Source: Raillietiella orientalis (lineage: Eukaryota). From it: a DNA stretch of 64,000 nucleotides. How positions within the stretch are numbered: the first letter of the stretch is position 1; the number at the start of each line of letters is the position of its first letter. The translations under genes and the position numbers were made by a program. The DNA is taken from NCBI GenBank assembly GCA_036172245.1, contig JAYWIR010000052.1:1-64000 (forward strand). Direction: 5' to 3'. Below, one piece after another: positions 34,301 to 46,300 of this stretch. Under the pieces are notes generated by a model. It was not told where the DNA came from. It saw only the letters and a list, made by a program, of their open reading frames with translations, and did not search any database.

Positions 34301-37300
34301 GTATTCCCGGGCAAGAAGAAGACCGTCAGCTAACCAACCTTTGAACCGATGACGGAATCCATGAGAGGGTCAAGAACTCGTAGACGCGGGCAGCTTCTGC
34401 CTTTCCCCCGCCCTTTCGTCACTCTCTTTCGACGCGCCGGTGGCGTTGCTTGACTTCCTTTTTTGCTTCGCAGACAACACACACAAAAAGGAAAAGGCGT
34501 TCCCCAAGATGCGCGGGCGTTTCTTCCCCTCCCTCCCCTTCCTCGAAATTGCTTTTTTGAAAACTCTGAAAACTTTGAACGAGGAGGCATCTGACAGCTT
34601 TAAAGGAAATCCTTTCAGTGCCCGGGGAAACAATTTCTTGTCCGATGGGGCGGTCGTGGGAGGGGGCTATCCCTCGGGAAGGTCTATTCCGTCTCACAAG
34701 GACACCGGGGCGTTTGGAGGGCATGCAGATCCGAAGCGGAAGCGGAAGGTGGCCCCAGATCAGCTGATTTTTTTGCAAACTGACCCAGAGCGCTCCTGGG
34801 TCTCCGAGCCGCTCATCGTGTTCTTGGCAAAATTTTTTAGACACGCCTTCTTTTCCGATTAGCCGCGCGATCGTGAAAAACAAAGGCTCCTGCTTATTAA
34901 TCTGCATATTCATGTACAGATTAATGTACAAATCTGTTAGCATACGTACTTATTCATATTTCTTTACACACTTATCACTGATACAATTAATAATATGTAT
35001 TGATGTGTTATTAATGTATGAATTAAAGGTTTATTATCTACATATGCAATGTCTGTTTTCTATATCTGTTTTACATATATATAATGAATATTAAGTGAAT
35101 ACATAAATATCGAACCATAAAAAAAAATAATGGTGACAATCAAAAATAGTGGGGAAAAAAAAAAATGAAAAAGGAAGCAAATCAGAATAAAAAAGAAATT
35201 TTGCATTTCCTCATTTGCAACGCGCAACCAATGGGAATTCCGCAGGAAGTGACGAATTCCATCTTCGAGATTTTGAACGCTCTATATATATCTTTCAATG
35301 CAATTAATGTATACTTATATATGTAAATATATGCTAATAAATAATATTCATGAAATCAATAAGTATGCATGCTAAAATAGAATTGTACATCAATCTCTAC
35401 ACAAACATATTAATATGCACAATAAGCATATACATTTATTTTTATAAACCTTAATATAAACTAATAATATATGAATGCATATTTTTAATTATAGTAATGA
35501 TATGTTGGTTACTAAATATCAATAAATATACATGTTCAAATAATATTGATAATATATATGTTAAAATAAATTTGCACATCAATCTATACGTAAGTACATT
35601 TTTTAAATATATGACAAACATGTATACCAATATATATAATAAACATATATGTTTATTTTTATACTTTGCAACATAGATATGAATAGCATATTAATGTATA
35701 TTTTGAATCTACCAATAATGTGTAGGCTACTGAATGTCAATAAATATAGGTTAAAATAATATCAGTGACATGTATGTTAAAATAAATTTTTATACCAAAT
35801 TTTATATCAATCTATGTATAAATATATATTTATTTTTTTATAATCTTCAATATACTTCAGATTAATATATATTATTTATGTCAATAACATGTATGTTAAT
35901 AAATATCAATAATTATGTATGCTACAGTAAATTTGCATATGAATCTATCAATAAACATAACACACGCATATATATATATATATATACATATATATATTTT
36001 TATAATCTTTACAATATACACCAACCTATATATGAATATATGTTAATACATGGAATAAACGTGTGTATTTTGGCACCCCTTAGCCGGCTGCGGGTGAATT
36101 TTTTTTTTGTTTCCTCGGTCGGGGTGGGCAGCGATGCTGGCGCACCGCCACGCGCCTTGTCCGGGGGCACGCCCTCCGGCAAGCAAGGGAGAGAGAGACC
36201 CCGTCCCCCCGTGCGGGCGGCTCCCGAACGCGCCCCCCTTCCGACTCCCCAGATCCGAGTCTTTCGCGGCCTCCCGTCCGCTCGCCGGACGCATCCCAGA
36301 GGCCCGCGGCCCCCCGGGGCGGGAGACGCGCCGCGTCCCGCAGCTTCTTCCTACCTGCAGTCACGGCGTGGAGGTAGTAACGGAAAAGATCCGTGTCGTA
36401 GACGGCGCAGTTGGACGGTTTCCCGCAGGGCGTCTCCTTCCATATCAAGCAGGTGGAGTCTGCCCTCCCACCGGCTGATTACTCGCAAAACGGAATCGTC
36501 ATCATCTTACCAATGATGGACCCGTACACGATGGAGTACGGTATCCACGCGAAGATGCTGAGGGTGGTGGTGATAATGCCCATGGCCAAGGGCTTGTCCT
36601 TTTCCTCGACGCACCTGCAACGTCCGGATGAGGCAGTTTTTGAACAGAGAGGCGGCTGCGTTTACCTCATGAACAGAAGCATGTTTCCCACCCTACCTGT
36701 CGAGCTGATCAACTTGGTCAGCAGTACGATGGACAGATACGTCCACACCAGCGTGCAGGCCGTCGAGCACAGACCAGACGCCACGGACGGGTCGGACTTC
36801 TCGAAAGGACCGCCGCCGGGGAACATGCCCGGACTCTCGACGAAGTCCTCCGGGTGCAGGTCGGTGCAGGAGCAGTCGTAGTACATCTGGTGATGATGCC
36901 CATCACTTCGGTGCCTTGAGGGGGTGGTGGTGTGGAAGGGGAGGGGGGAAGGGAAGAGCGACCTCGTCTGAATCGGGCAGTCGAGCACCGCGGCGCGCCC
37001 CCGCTGTTCCCCGCCGGTGCTTAACAGCGAAGAGCTCGTCTGTGAGAAAATACGGTGTCGCGTACCGTATATTTCCTTGGTACGTCGCCAGACCAGGCCG
37101 CAAGAACGAAGCTGCTGCCCCCTCCGTCTCAGTCCGCCTGCTGCCAAGGTCCAACTTTTCCTGAGCGGTTCCTCTGCGCGCTTTCGTGAACCAGTTGCCG
37201 TTCATCATCCCCTCGGGGTGAACTGATTTGCATCTTACTCTTTCTCCCTCCCATCCGCTTCCTCCTCCTACGCTTTAGGCGAGTCGGAAGCGTTCGGTAA

Positions 37301-40300
37301 AAGCATTTGCTGCGAAAGACAAAGCGTGCACTTCCTCTTTTCATTTAAAAAAGGAAGGAAAAAATGAAAACGAAAACACGCACGCACATAATGGAGGCCG
37401 CACCTTGTTCCGGGATGCCTTGCTCCTCATCAAACCCGACCCGCCTGAGGGGGGATTGGATACGGAGAAGGAACCCCGGGAAGCAGGATGAGTCGAAGGC
37501 AGGATGGGACGTTTGCTTCTCTCCGCATCCGCGCATGCCAGCCGAAGGCTCTCGTCGAGGAAACCTCATCTGTGCCGCCGCGACGCGGCGGTCCACGGGG
37601 CGGGACGCAAAGAAGAAAAATAAAGGCTGTTTGTTCCACCCAGCCGGAAGGGAAAAAAGGGGAGGCGACCAAGGCGTGCTTTCCCTCCCGCCCTCCCCCC
37701 AGGCGGAACCTGAGTCTTGGCTCGCGCGCGACCATTGCCATCGGGATCCACGGGACGACGGTGCCGTGCAGGAGCCGCAAAAGGAGAAGGAAAAATCCAA
37801 GAACGGTGGGCGAAACCATCTCTGCTTGCCGACTGCAAGGAGAGGATCGCGCAGAAGGAAAGGCGCACGTGGGTTCGTCACAACGGCGGTGTTGTCCGCC
37901 TGAGACCTACCGGGAAAAAAAAGGCATTCCGCTGGACCTTCGCAACTGCCAGCACCACCTTGAAGGTAGCCGACCTGCGCAGTCGCCCTGCCGAGGGCGA
38001 TAACGCCTTTTACGACAGGACCCGGGCCTGCCCTCTTGGCACGGTGGCGAGAAACCGCCAGTCGCCGCGGAGCGGAAGGCCGCCGGTGATGCCTCAGTGG
38101 AAAATTCCACCGTCTCGTGGATTTCGCCGGCCGCAGACTGTCAGCAGCAACGAAGGAGGTCGGAGCCGATCTGCTGGTTTCCAGAGGTGAACCGCTCCTG
38201 CGATCCTTTCCAAAACACCTACTTTTTGCACGATGGAAGCGGGACGGCGGCTGAGACCGCGCATGAGCTTTGAAAGCACTTGCTTTAATCCCCCACTTCT
38301 TTCGCGTGCCTCCAGGATGCCAGCTCCCTTTGCCTGAGCTCGCCAACCCACACGCCAGCACGGAAGGTGCAGGTCAGGAGAACAAGGCGCACCCAGTCCC
38401 CTCGCGGGTCTTGCAGAAAAATTTCGAGTTTTGCTTCTGCTTCGAGGCTCGGAAGCTGTTGGAGCCGCGGCGCTCGCTGAGGCAACTGCACGCTGCGATC
38501 TCGAAGAGAAAAGCCACCGTCCGTCTTCTTCGCGCCTGTCCGAGAGGGACCTCAGCCACCGCGGAGTACTCCGAATCGAAACAGATCGCACTTTCGTAAA
38601 GCTCGAGTTCTTCGCCTGGATATTCGGGGCCTCGCCCTTTGACACCTCCCCTTCTTCGATTCGCATCTAGGTCGGCTCGGACTCGTTTTCCAGCGTCTTC
38701 GCTTCTTGAGGAAACTTTTCCGTGGTGCCCTCCCCAGTGCCTGCGCATCCGCAGGTGTCCGGAGAAAGCCGCCCGCGAACTAAGCAAACTCCGGATGCCA
38801 ACGGACAGCTGTTCGCAGGGGTGCCAGGCTCCAGAGGGAACTTTTTCGCATCGTTTCTCGGCACAGAGACCGGACGAGGAAACACTCTGTTGAGAGCCTC
38901 TGCGCCCGCGGCAAGGAGGAAAGCGGAACCGCCCGTGATCTTCGTTGCATCCGCACTGCCGCGACCTCCCATCCCCTCGAAAAGGAAGCGTGAGCGAGCA
39001 GCAAGCAGCGTGGCGTCTTCCTGGAGCGCCGTTTCCCGCCAGCGAGCGGAGATGAAACTTCCGGGTTCCGGAGGCGATCTTGCCCGAGTCCTCAAGCATC
39101 GGCGAGAAATTTGCGTTCCTCCTGAAGAAAGACCACCTGCACCAATGGAGCGTTTCTCCGCGGTGGCATCGAAAGGACAAGAACGCCGTTCGAAGTCACC
39201 CGGAAGGCGTTCCCGTGCAGGTTCTCTGCCAGCCTGGCAGAGATCCGACTCCCAGAGTGCATCGAGCACGGTTGACCCTCGTGTAAGGTGGGCGGCGCGT
39301 TCCCCTCCATACGAGCCCTACGGATTCAGTGCGATTCGATGGACCCCCACACAACGGAGATTCGTATAACGCGACAAAAGAATGGCGAAAGTCCCCGCAT
39401 AACGCGGTATCAGTCCGCCTCGTACATCTCTGTCTCCATGAACTTTCATTTCGTGTTCAGCTGCCTTGAGAGAGAATGCGGACACATGATTTGAGCAGAT
39501 TGAATTCCGTTCCGTTCATATTTGCTTCAAGAAAACAAACAGAGCAAGAAGATGCTCATCTTTTAAAAACGGGAATGATGGAGCTGCAGACTCTTTTCAG
39601 CTGATCAGGTGTCAAGAAAACTCGAAAAGCATTTTCTTCATTTTAGTTACTTTTCCACTAAAGGTGAATAATAAACAAACACTTTTAATTTGTTTCTGTG
39701 TTCTTTTTCAATTGAAATATTAGCATTTGTATCTTTTAGCATCCATATATAACTGCATAACGCGAAAGCACCCTCTTCCCCGCGTTGTAGAAGGGAGGGT
39801 TCGCTGCATCGAAAATGCCCTCATCGTAAACCATGGATCAGAGGGAGGCTGCTCAACGTGCCTATAGGAGCTTTCTGGATTTGGAGTATTTCCAGACTGC
39901 CAAAGTGAGCAGGTTTGGGAGGGACTCGTCTCCAGATGGTGAACCCGCGGTCCGGAGACAAGTCCCTCGCAAACAAGCTGCCGCATCCTGAGCCACCTGC
40001 TCTTTCCGCAGACAACACAGACACGTGCACACACATAGACTAACGGAAACACACAGAGATGCACACGCGCACGCTCTTAGAAGAAGATTGCCTTAGGAAA
40101 AAAGTCCTTTCCGAGAATTCACTCGTGAAAACGAGGAACTCGCGAAAAGCGGCACGGTTTCGTTAACGTCATCTTCGACCTCCCATTCGGTGGTGCTCGA
40201 CTCCTCGAAACCCATCTTAGGCAGACGAAAAATGACGAAGATCACCAGGAAGATAAAAAATCCTCGACGCCGACGACACAGTGAGGATGGACCTTGGGAA

Positions 40301-43300
40301 CAGCTTCCCATCGACGTCGAGTCAGCAGAAAGACGGCGCACCCCGAAAGTTGTTGCCGGAACCACATGAACGAATGAAATCTGTATCTATATATATTCTT
40401 CTTTTCTTTAGCATGGCACGTCCAAGGAATTCTTGGAAGCTTTGGACTCGACGTACATTTCATATGGATGTCTCGGAAACGCCGCGTCTTAGTTCAAACG
40501 AACCGCATTCGACCTGCCTGGGATTCAGCTACCAAGATCCGTCGACCCTGAGACCCGAGGTCTCCTTCCAATAAACCATCCGACCCCATTCCGTCTGCTG
40601 TTCCTGGTCAAGGCTCAGCCACCCACGGGTCCGCCTCCTGGGAACAGCCGACACGGTGCGCGTTCGCACGGCCGACGAGTGCGCGCACACGCGCAGCTGT
40701 GACCGTGGGGCACCTGCCAGTTCCCAGCCGAACCTCCAGGCGCCTCAGATTCGAACAGCTGATGTTCCCTTCCGGGTCCAGCGCCTCCGAGCGGATGTGC
40801 GCGACCACGAAGAGGGAGAGGACGGCAGAGGCGGACGCTGCGGGGATCGCCCGCCCGCTCTCGAACGTCAAGATGCGCGCCTAGCGGTGGTTTCCGTGGC
40901 GGGGGAAAGGTGGTGGGCGAAGCGCAGACAGCAGGAGGTGCGTGGACGTACCAGTTTGTCGTCCGTTTCGTTGGCCAGGTGACATCCGGCGAAGCAGGGG
41001 GAGTAGTAGTTGACTTCCCCCTTGCGGAAGCACACAGGGGAGAACTTGTCCATGGTGCACCTACAAGCTCGGTTGCAGCTGTTGGAGATCTCCAGCCTGA
41101 AAATCAGCCGTGCTCGGTCGTCGAGTCTGCATATGAGGAGGCAGCACGCGGCGCTGGAGGAGGCTTCCCCTTTCACGGAGGGCGCGCGAGGGGGGGGGCG
41201 TCAGGGATCGAAGATGCGCCAGGGCAAGAGCGGCCCTCGGCGTCGAGGCGAAAACCCCACCACGTGGTACGGGGAAAGCGCGGAGAAGCGGTGGGGCAAC
41301 CAGGCGGCGCGGTTTCTTCACCAAAGAGGACGGGGATCCCCCCCCCCCCCGAAACGGGCGGAAAACGAAGCGGTCTGTTACCTGGATGACCAGCCCACAA
41401 CCACCCGACGCTTTGCCTCCCTCAGGAGGGCAAACGACCGCATCGAATCGAACAAAGTTTGGTGGGTGGTGGTGCTTCCCTTTGCGGCTTCCATTCTTTC
41501 ATCCGCTCCATCCTTCTCATCGGCGAATGGACAATACGATCGTCTCAGCGCGGAAGGTTTGGAGAGAGAGAGAGAGAGAGGGGGGGTAGTTCTTTGCAGG
41601 TTGCCGAGCGCGGAGTCCAGAAATGCCGAATCGCACCGCGGCGCAATCGGTTTCCGCGGCAACCGGAACGGTCACCTTCCGGAACGCAGCTTCCCGACCG
41701 GAAGTCTCGTCGGCCCGCTCGAGGAACCCCTGCGATGGAACGAGGCAAAATGCTTACGTCTTGTTTCCTTTTGCATGATCGTAGTAATTCAGTGGAGGAC
41801 ACCCTACGTATATGAGGGTGATAAATCCGGTCAGCTGGAAGACGCTGCTTATGACTGTCCATCCGGTGAGCAACGAAGTTCGAGGTCTAAACCTCCCTAT
41901 CAGCCAACCGGAAACAAGACAGCCGACAACTTGAATCCCAGCAGACAAACCTGAAAGACGGGGGTCCATGAATGGCGAACGGTGCCGGGTTTCATCTCGT
42001 CGCCGGCAATTTTCGTTTTCTTTGCGCAAGGACACGGGCTCCACGCGATTTCGGCCCCCGCGTGCCCAGGGCTCTGCTTAGCCAGCAAGAAACACCTCAG
42101 GGGTACACCGCGCAAGCAAACCGTTCGGTGAGGACCGTTTCGCATGTTCTGCGGTTTTTGCTGGTTGTACGTTTTCCCGGGTATCTGCTTTTGCCTCTCG
42201 CTCGGGGCTTTCGAATGACCACGGCCAGCATAAGACGCCACTTTTGTGTGTGCATCCTGTGTGTGTGGTGACGTCAGATGACTCCCCGAGCCGGCCCTCC
42301 TGCAACTTCCACTTTGTCGTCAGCTGTTTGTAGAAAGCGCACGGTTTAGGCAGTCTGGATTCTATTTTATGCAGACTTTCGCGAGCAAAGCAGCACAAGA
42401 AGAAGATGCTTTTTCCGAGAACGAAATCGGAAACCGCAGGATTGTCTACATAACATTTTTTTCCTTTTTTTTACTTTGACTTGAATGGCAAATAAATACT
42501 TTTAATTTCCTTGTCTTTTCGTTTTAAAGTGGAATTATGAACTTTCTGCTGTTTCCAGATACATTTTAAGATGTCTTTCAAAGAATGCCGCCACCGCAAC
42601 CTCCATGCATAACCCACCGGCCTGCCGCGTGCAGCTCGCAGCCGTGGCCATTGTGGATCTTGTCCGCGTGCAGTTCCTTCACGGATGGACCGTTTCGCTC
42701 ATTGCGCCTTTTCCCTGCTCGTAATGAACGTGGCCACGGCGTGCATCTCGAACACTCCGCGCTTTCCGGTCACCTTCCGAAGCGCGACCTCCCGACCGGA
42801 AGTCGCTCCGGCCCGCTCCCGCTCGAGGAACCCCTGCGATGGAACGAGGCAGGTTCCTGTTCCCCTTCGCACGAATAATCGTAGCAATTTGATGGAGGGG
42901 CGCCCTACGTACACGAGCGTGGAGAGCTCCAGTCAGTTGGAAGACGCTGCGAGTCTGGTCACTTCAGAGGTTGCGGCCCGCGCCGCCGCCGGCATGCGGA
43001 ACGACCACTCGCTTCTGTGTGGGTCAACGAGCGTACGCGGGCGCGTCTCTCACGAGCTCCGTCGACGTCGGAGAGCTCCTTCTTTCCTTTCTTTCGAACA
43101 GGGGTGAACTCGGAAGCGTTTCTGGGTCCGCTACTCGGATGCTGCTGAGGGAACGTTGATTGATTTTTGTTGCTGCTGGGAAGGGAGGTCTTCGGCTTCC
43201 GACACGGAATTCCCTCTTCCGCGTACCGTCGAGCCGAAGAGGCGAGCGTTCGGCGCGCGCTGCCCGAACGCCACCGCGTTTGTCGTGTTTGCTGTTCGAT

Positions 43301-46300
43301 TCTGAGGAGCGAAAGAAGACCTCCCTTTCCCGCAGAGGCAAGTCGGACAAGCCTGGAAGGGCACGTTCATGAACCGCCGCCTTTACCGGACAGGAAGCTG
43401 GATTTGGAAGCTGATATGTTGAACTGCGTTTCCATGTACTTCGGCGAGAACGTCCAGAATCCGGCCAGGCCGAACAGGTGCAGGACGCCGGAGAGGTTCA
43501 TGAAGATAATCAGCTTGTTTTGGAGGATCCTCTTCAGAGATATCTTCAGATCTAATGAAATCGGCATTTTTCACACACCGTTCTTCCGTATGCAGGGAGC
43601 GCGTCGCTGCCTCCCTCCCCCCCCGGGCCGAAACGAGAGGCGTTACGACGTACCTGCCAAGGACCTCTGGTTCATCTCCGAAGGCTCCAGCGTGGTGGGG
43701 ATGCAGTCCACACTTTGCCGCAAGACGAGGTTCGACTGCAGCAGCAAGTTCGAAGCCTCCCTCAGAGCTTTCCTCTCCTCCTTCATCAAGAGTCTCTCCG
43801 GAAACATCCTCATGGGAACGGCTATGACCAGCAGCAGGAAGCAGAGGATCAGGAACCCTGAAGAACGCGCTCTAATGGTTCCGGTGTTTCTTAGCTTTGC
43901 CGCCTTCGTATCTCTTCCCCAAACGTACCGAGCCACCAGGCGCCCACCCAGTTGGGGTGCTTCGGGGTTATGCCGACATCCTGCGAAAGGTTTATGTAAA
44001 ACTGAAGACAGCCTGCACCCAGCAAGTACCCGAGAGTTGGACCCAAAATTCTGAATGCGTATGTTATGCCTGGAAAGACACGTTGGAAGCTCCACGTTCT
44101 TCTGCATAACGCTACCGTGACGAATCAGAAAGCTACGAGGCGCGTTTCGAAACTAAAGGCCGACCGGATGGGAGGAAAGAACGAATGAGGGAGAAACGAG
44201 GATGCAAGAGTGCAGCAGCTTGGAATGGTCGTCCGTTGGGAGTGTGATTCGCATTTTCAGCAGCCTCTCGTCGTCTGCTTTCGCCTGGCAGTGGGCTACG
44301 GGGGGTGCGAAAATGAAGAATCCCGCCTGTTGTGAAGTCCGGTCGGTGATTCCATCTCTTAATGCAAACGGACGTGAGACGCTGCTGAGATTCACCGCGA
44401 ATCGATGGGCCTGCAGTGGTGAGGAGTGGTGAAGGGAGAGCAAGGCGATGGGGTCGTGAGTTTAGGGAAGGCCGTTCCAAATATGTTCACCATGAAGAAA
44501 GGAGTGGCAGGCCGGACCGTTGAGCGTGTGAACGCGAAGGTGAGAGAAGATCGTCGCTTCGCGCGATTCGTGGAGATCTCTCCGTAGAGTTTCCAGAAGT
44601 TTCAAAGACGACGGTGTTCGGAGGTGTCACCGACACGCCAGGCTACCGTAAACCGTGTGCACGATGGGTCCCGAGAAAGTGGACAGATGCTCAGAGCAAA
44701 ACCGGAGATTGACATCTGCACGTGCTTTTTAGGACACTTTTCGATCAGCCACCTTGCAGTCCTGACCTCGCGTCCAGTGACTACCACGTCCTCCTGCACC
44801 TCAAGAAGTGGCTCGACGATTCGAGGGGGAAGGTGAGGAGTGGAAAACTGCAGGGCTGCTGAACTGGCTGACCTCCCAGGCGGCGGAATTCCATGCAGAC
44901 GGTTTCAAAAAGCTTCTTCCGCGGTATCAAAAGGAAAAAAATGGCGACTACGTAGAAAAATGACGTGGGGATGTAAGTGTTTATTCTTGTTTCTCTTGTT
45001 CGTTCTTTCTTTATATCCGATCCGCCCTCACTTCTGAAATGACCCTCGTGTTACAAAGGTGCGAAGTCTCTTCTGTTGATGAGGCTACGAGCTGCCACGA
45101 AGGAAGAAGGCTTTAAAAGGTGGTGGTCACGTGCAAGCCTCGGAACCGAGTACGGGGCGCACCCGGGAATATGGGCGGAGGAAGGTGGACGCACCCAGGA
45201 AGGGAGGCGCCCACCTGAAAGCACCCACCGATTCATTTACAACCTTTGCCGAAATGAAATTGCTGCGATTGCAAGTATCGGAACGAGAAAAAAAGGGGAT
45301 GAGGTGGTCTTCAAGAAGGGGAAAGCTTAATTCACTGGTGTTCCCCAGCTGCTGCTGTATGTCCTCTTCATCGCTGATCTTTCATCTTTTCGTGCTCGAC
45401 GATCTGCGTCGCGCATTTTACAGTCAACCGCGGCAGCAGACGACATTTCGAGGAACGACACGCGATCGCTGAATTTCGGAGCGGAACGCGCCGATGCCCG
45501 TAGGCAATCACACGAGACTCCACGAAACGTCGAAAAGAACAGCCTGCCTCGACGAGAGTCGGGCTTCTCTGATTTCCGGTGGCTTAATTGGAACTCGCCC
45601 TGGCATTCGGGGGAGGATGGCCGCGAGATTTCTGGTCCAGGTGTCGATAAATTGTTTTACTCAACAGCTCAGCGAAGATCGGTTAACGAGCGAAGTTCTC
45701 CCGTCGACCAAGGAACCCCTCCGGCACGCGCGAGCTCGCGTAACCCGCGCCATTCCAAGGCAAGGGAGGGAGGAAGGGAGGGAGGGAGGATGCGTTTCCC
45801 GAAGGCTGCGACGGGAAAGTAAGCCGACTTTCTGCAACCTCAGCATTCCACAGTCCGTCCGCGCAAGCGGAAGCGCCACCGCATCCCGAAGTCTACAAAA
45901 AACGAAAACACACAAAGGGGGTCCTCTTTCAAGCTCCGATAAGAATGCCCCCATGCACTCGACCCTCGCGACGCGCGCGGAATCAAAGATGAGCCTTGCG
46001 TTCGGCTCGAATGAACGCGAGGCTGCAAGAATTCGATGGGTCATGCCGTCCGAGGGTGGACAGTTCGGAGCTTCTGGTCTGGCGCTCCTGAGAGACGCAT
46101 CGGAAAGCGAATTGCGGCTCCTGGCAACAAGGAAGACCGTTCCCGGGACCAGAAGGAGTCGCTAACGGCAAGGAATCGCTGGCTGAGCATCAGCGGAACC
46201 GCCTACTGAGAAAAGATGTTGTCGCAATCGAAGTCACCGTCCTTCTGGAGGTCTTCTGTGCACCTTTTCTTTCTGAAACCCTTTATGATAAAAAAAAAAA

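Noticed and set aside
36411..36881. 156-aa plus-strand ORF
   Set aside because: It is the antisense shadow of three SLCO exons.
37345..39369. Several 200-340 aa ORFs on both strands
   Set aside because: GC-rich SLCO intron with no recognisable domains; the flanking exons join in phase without them.
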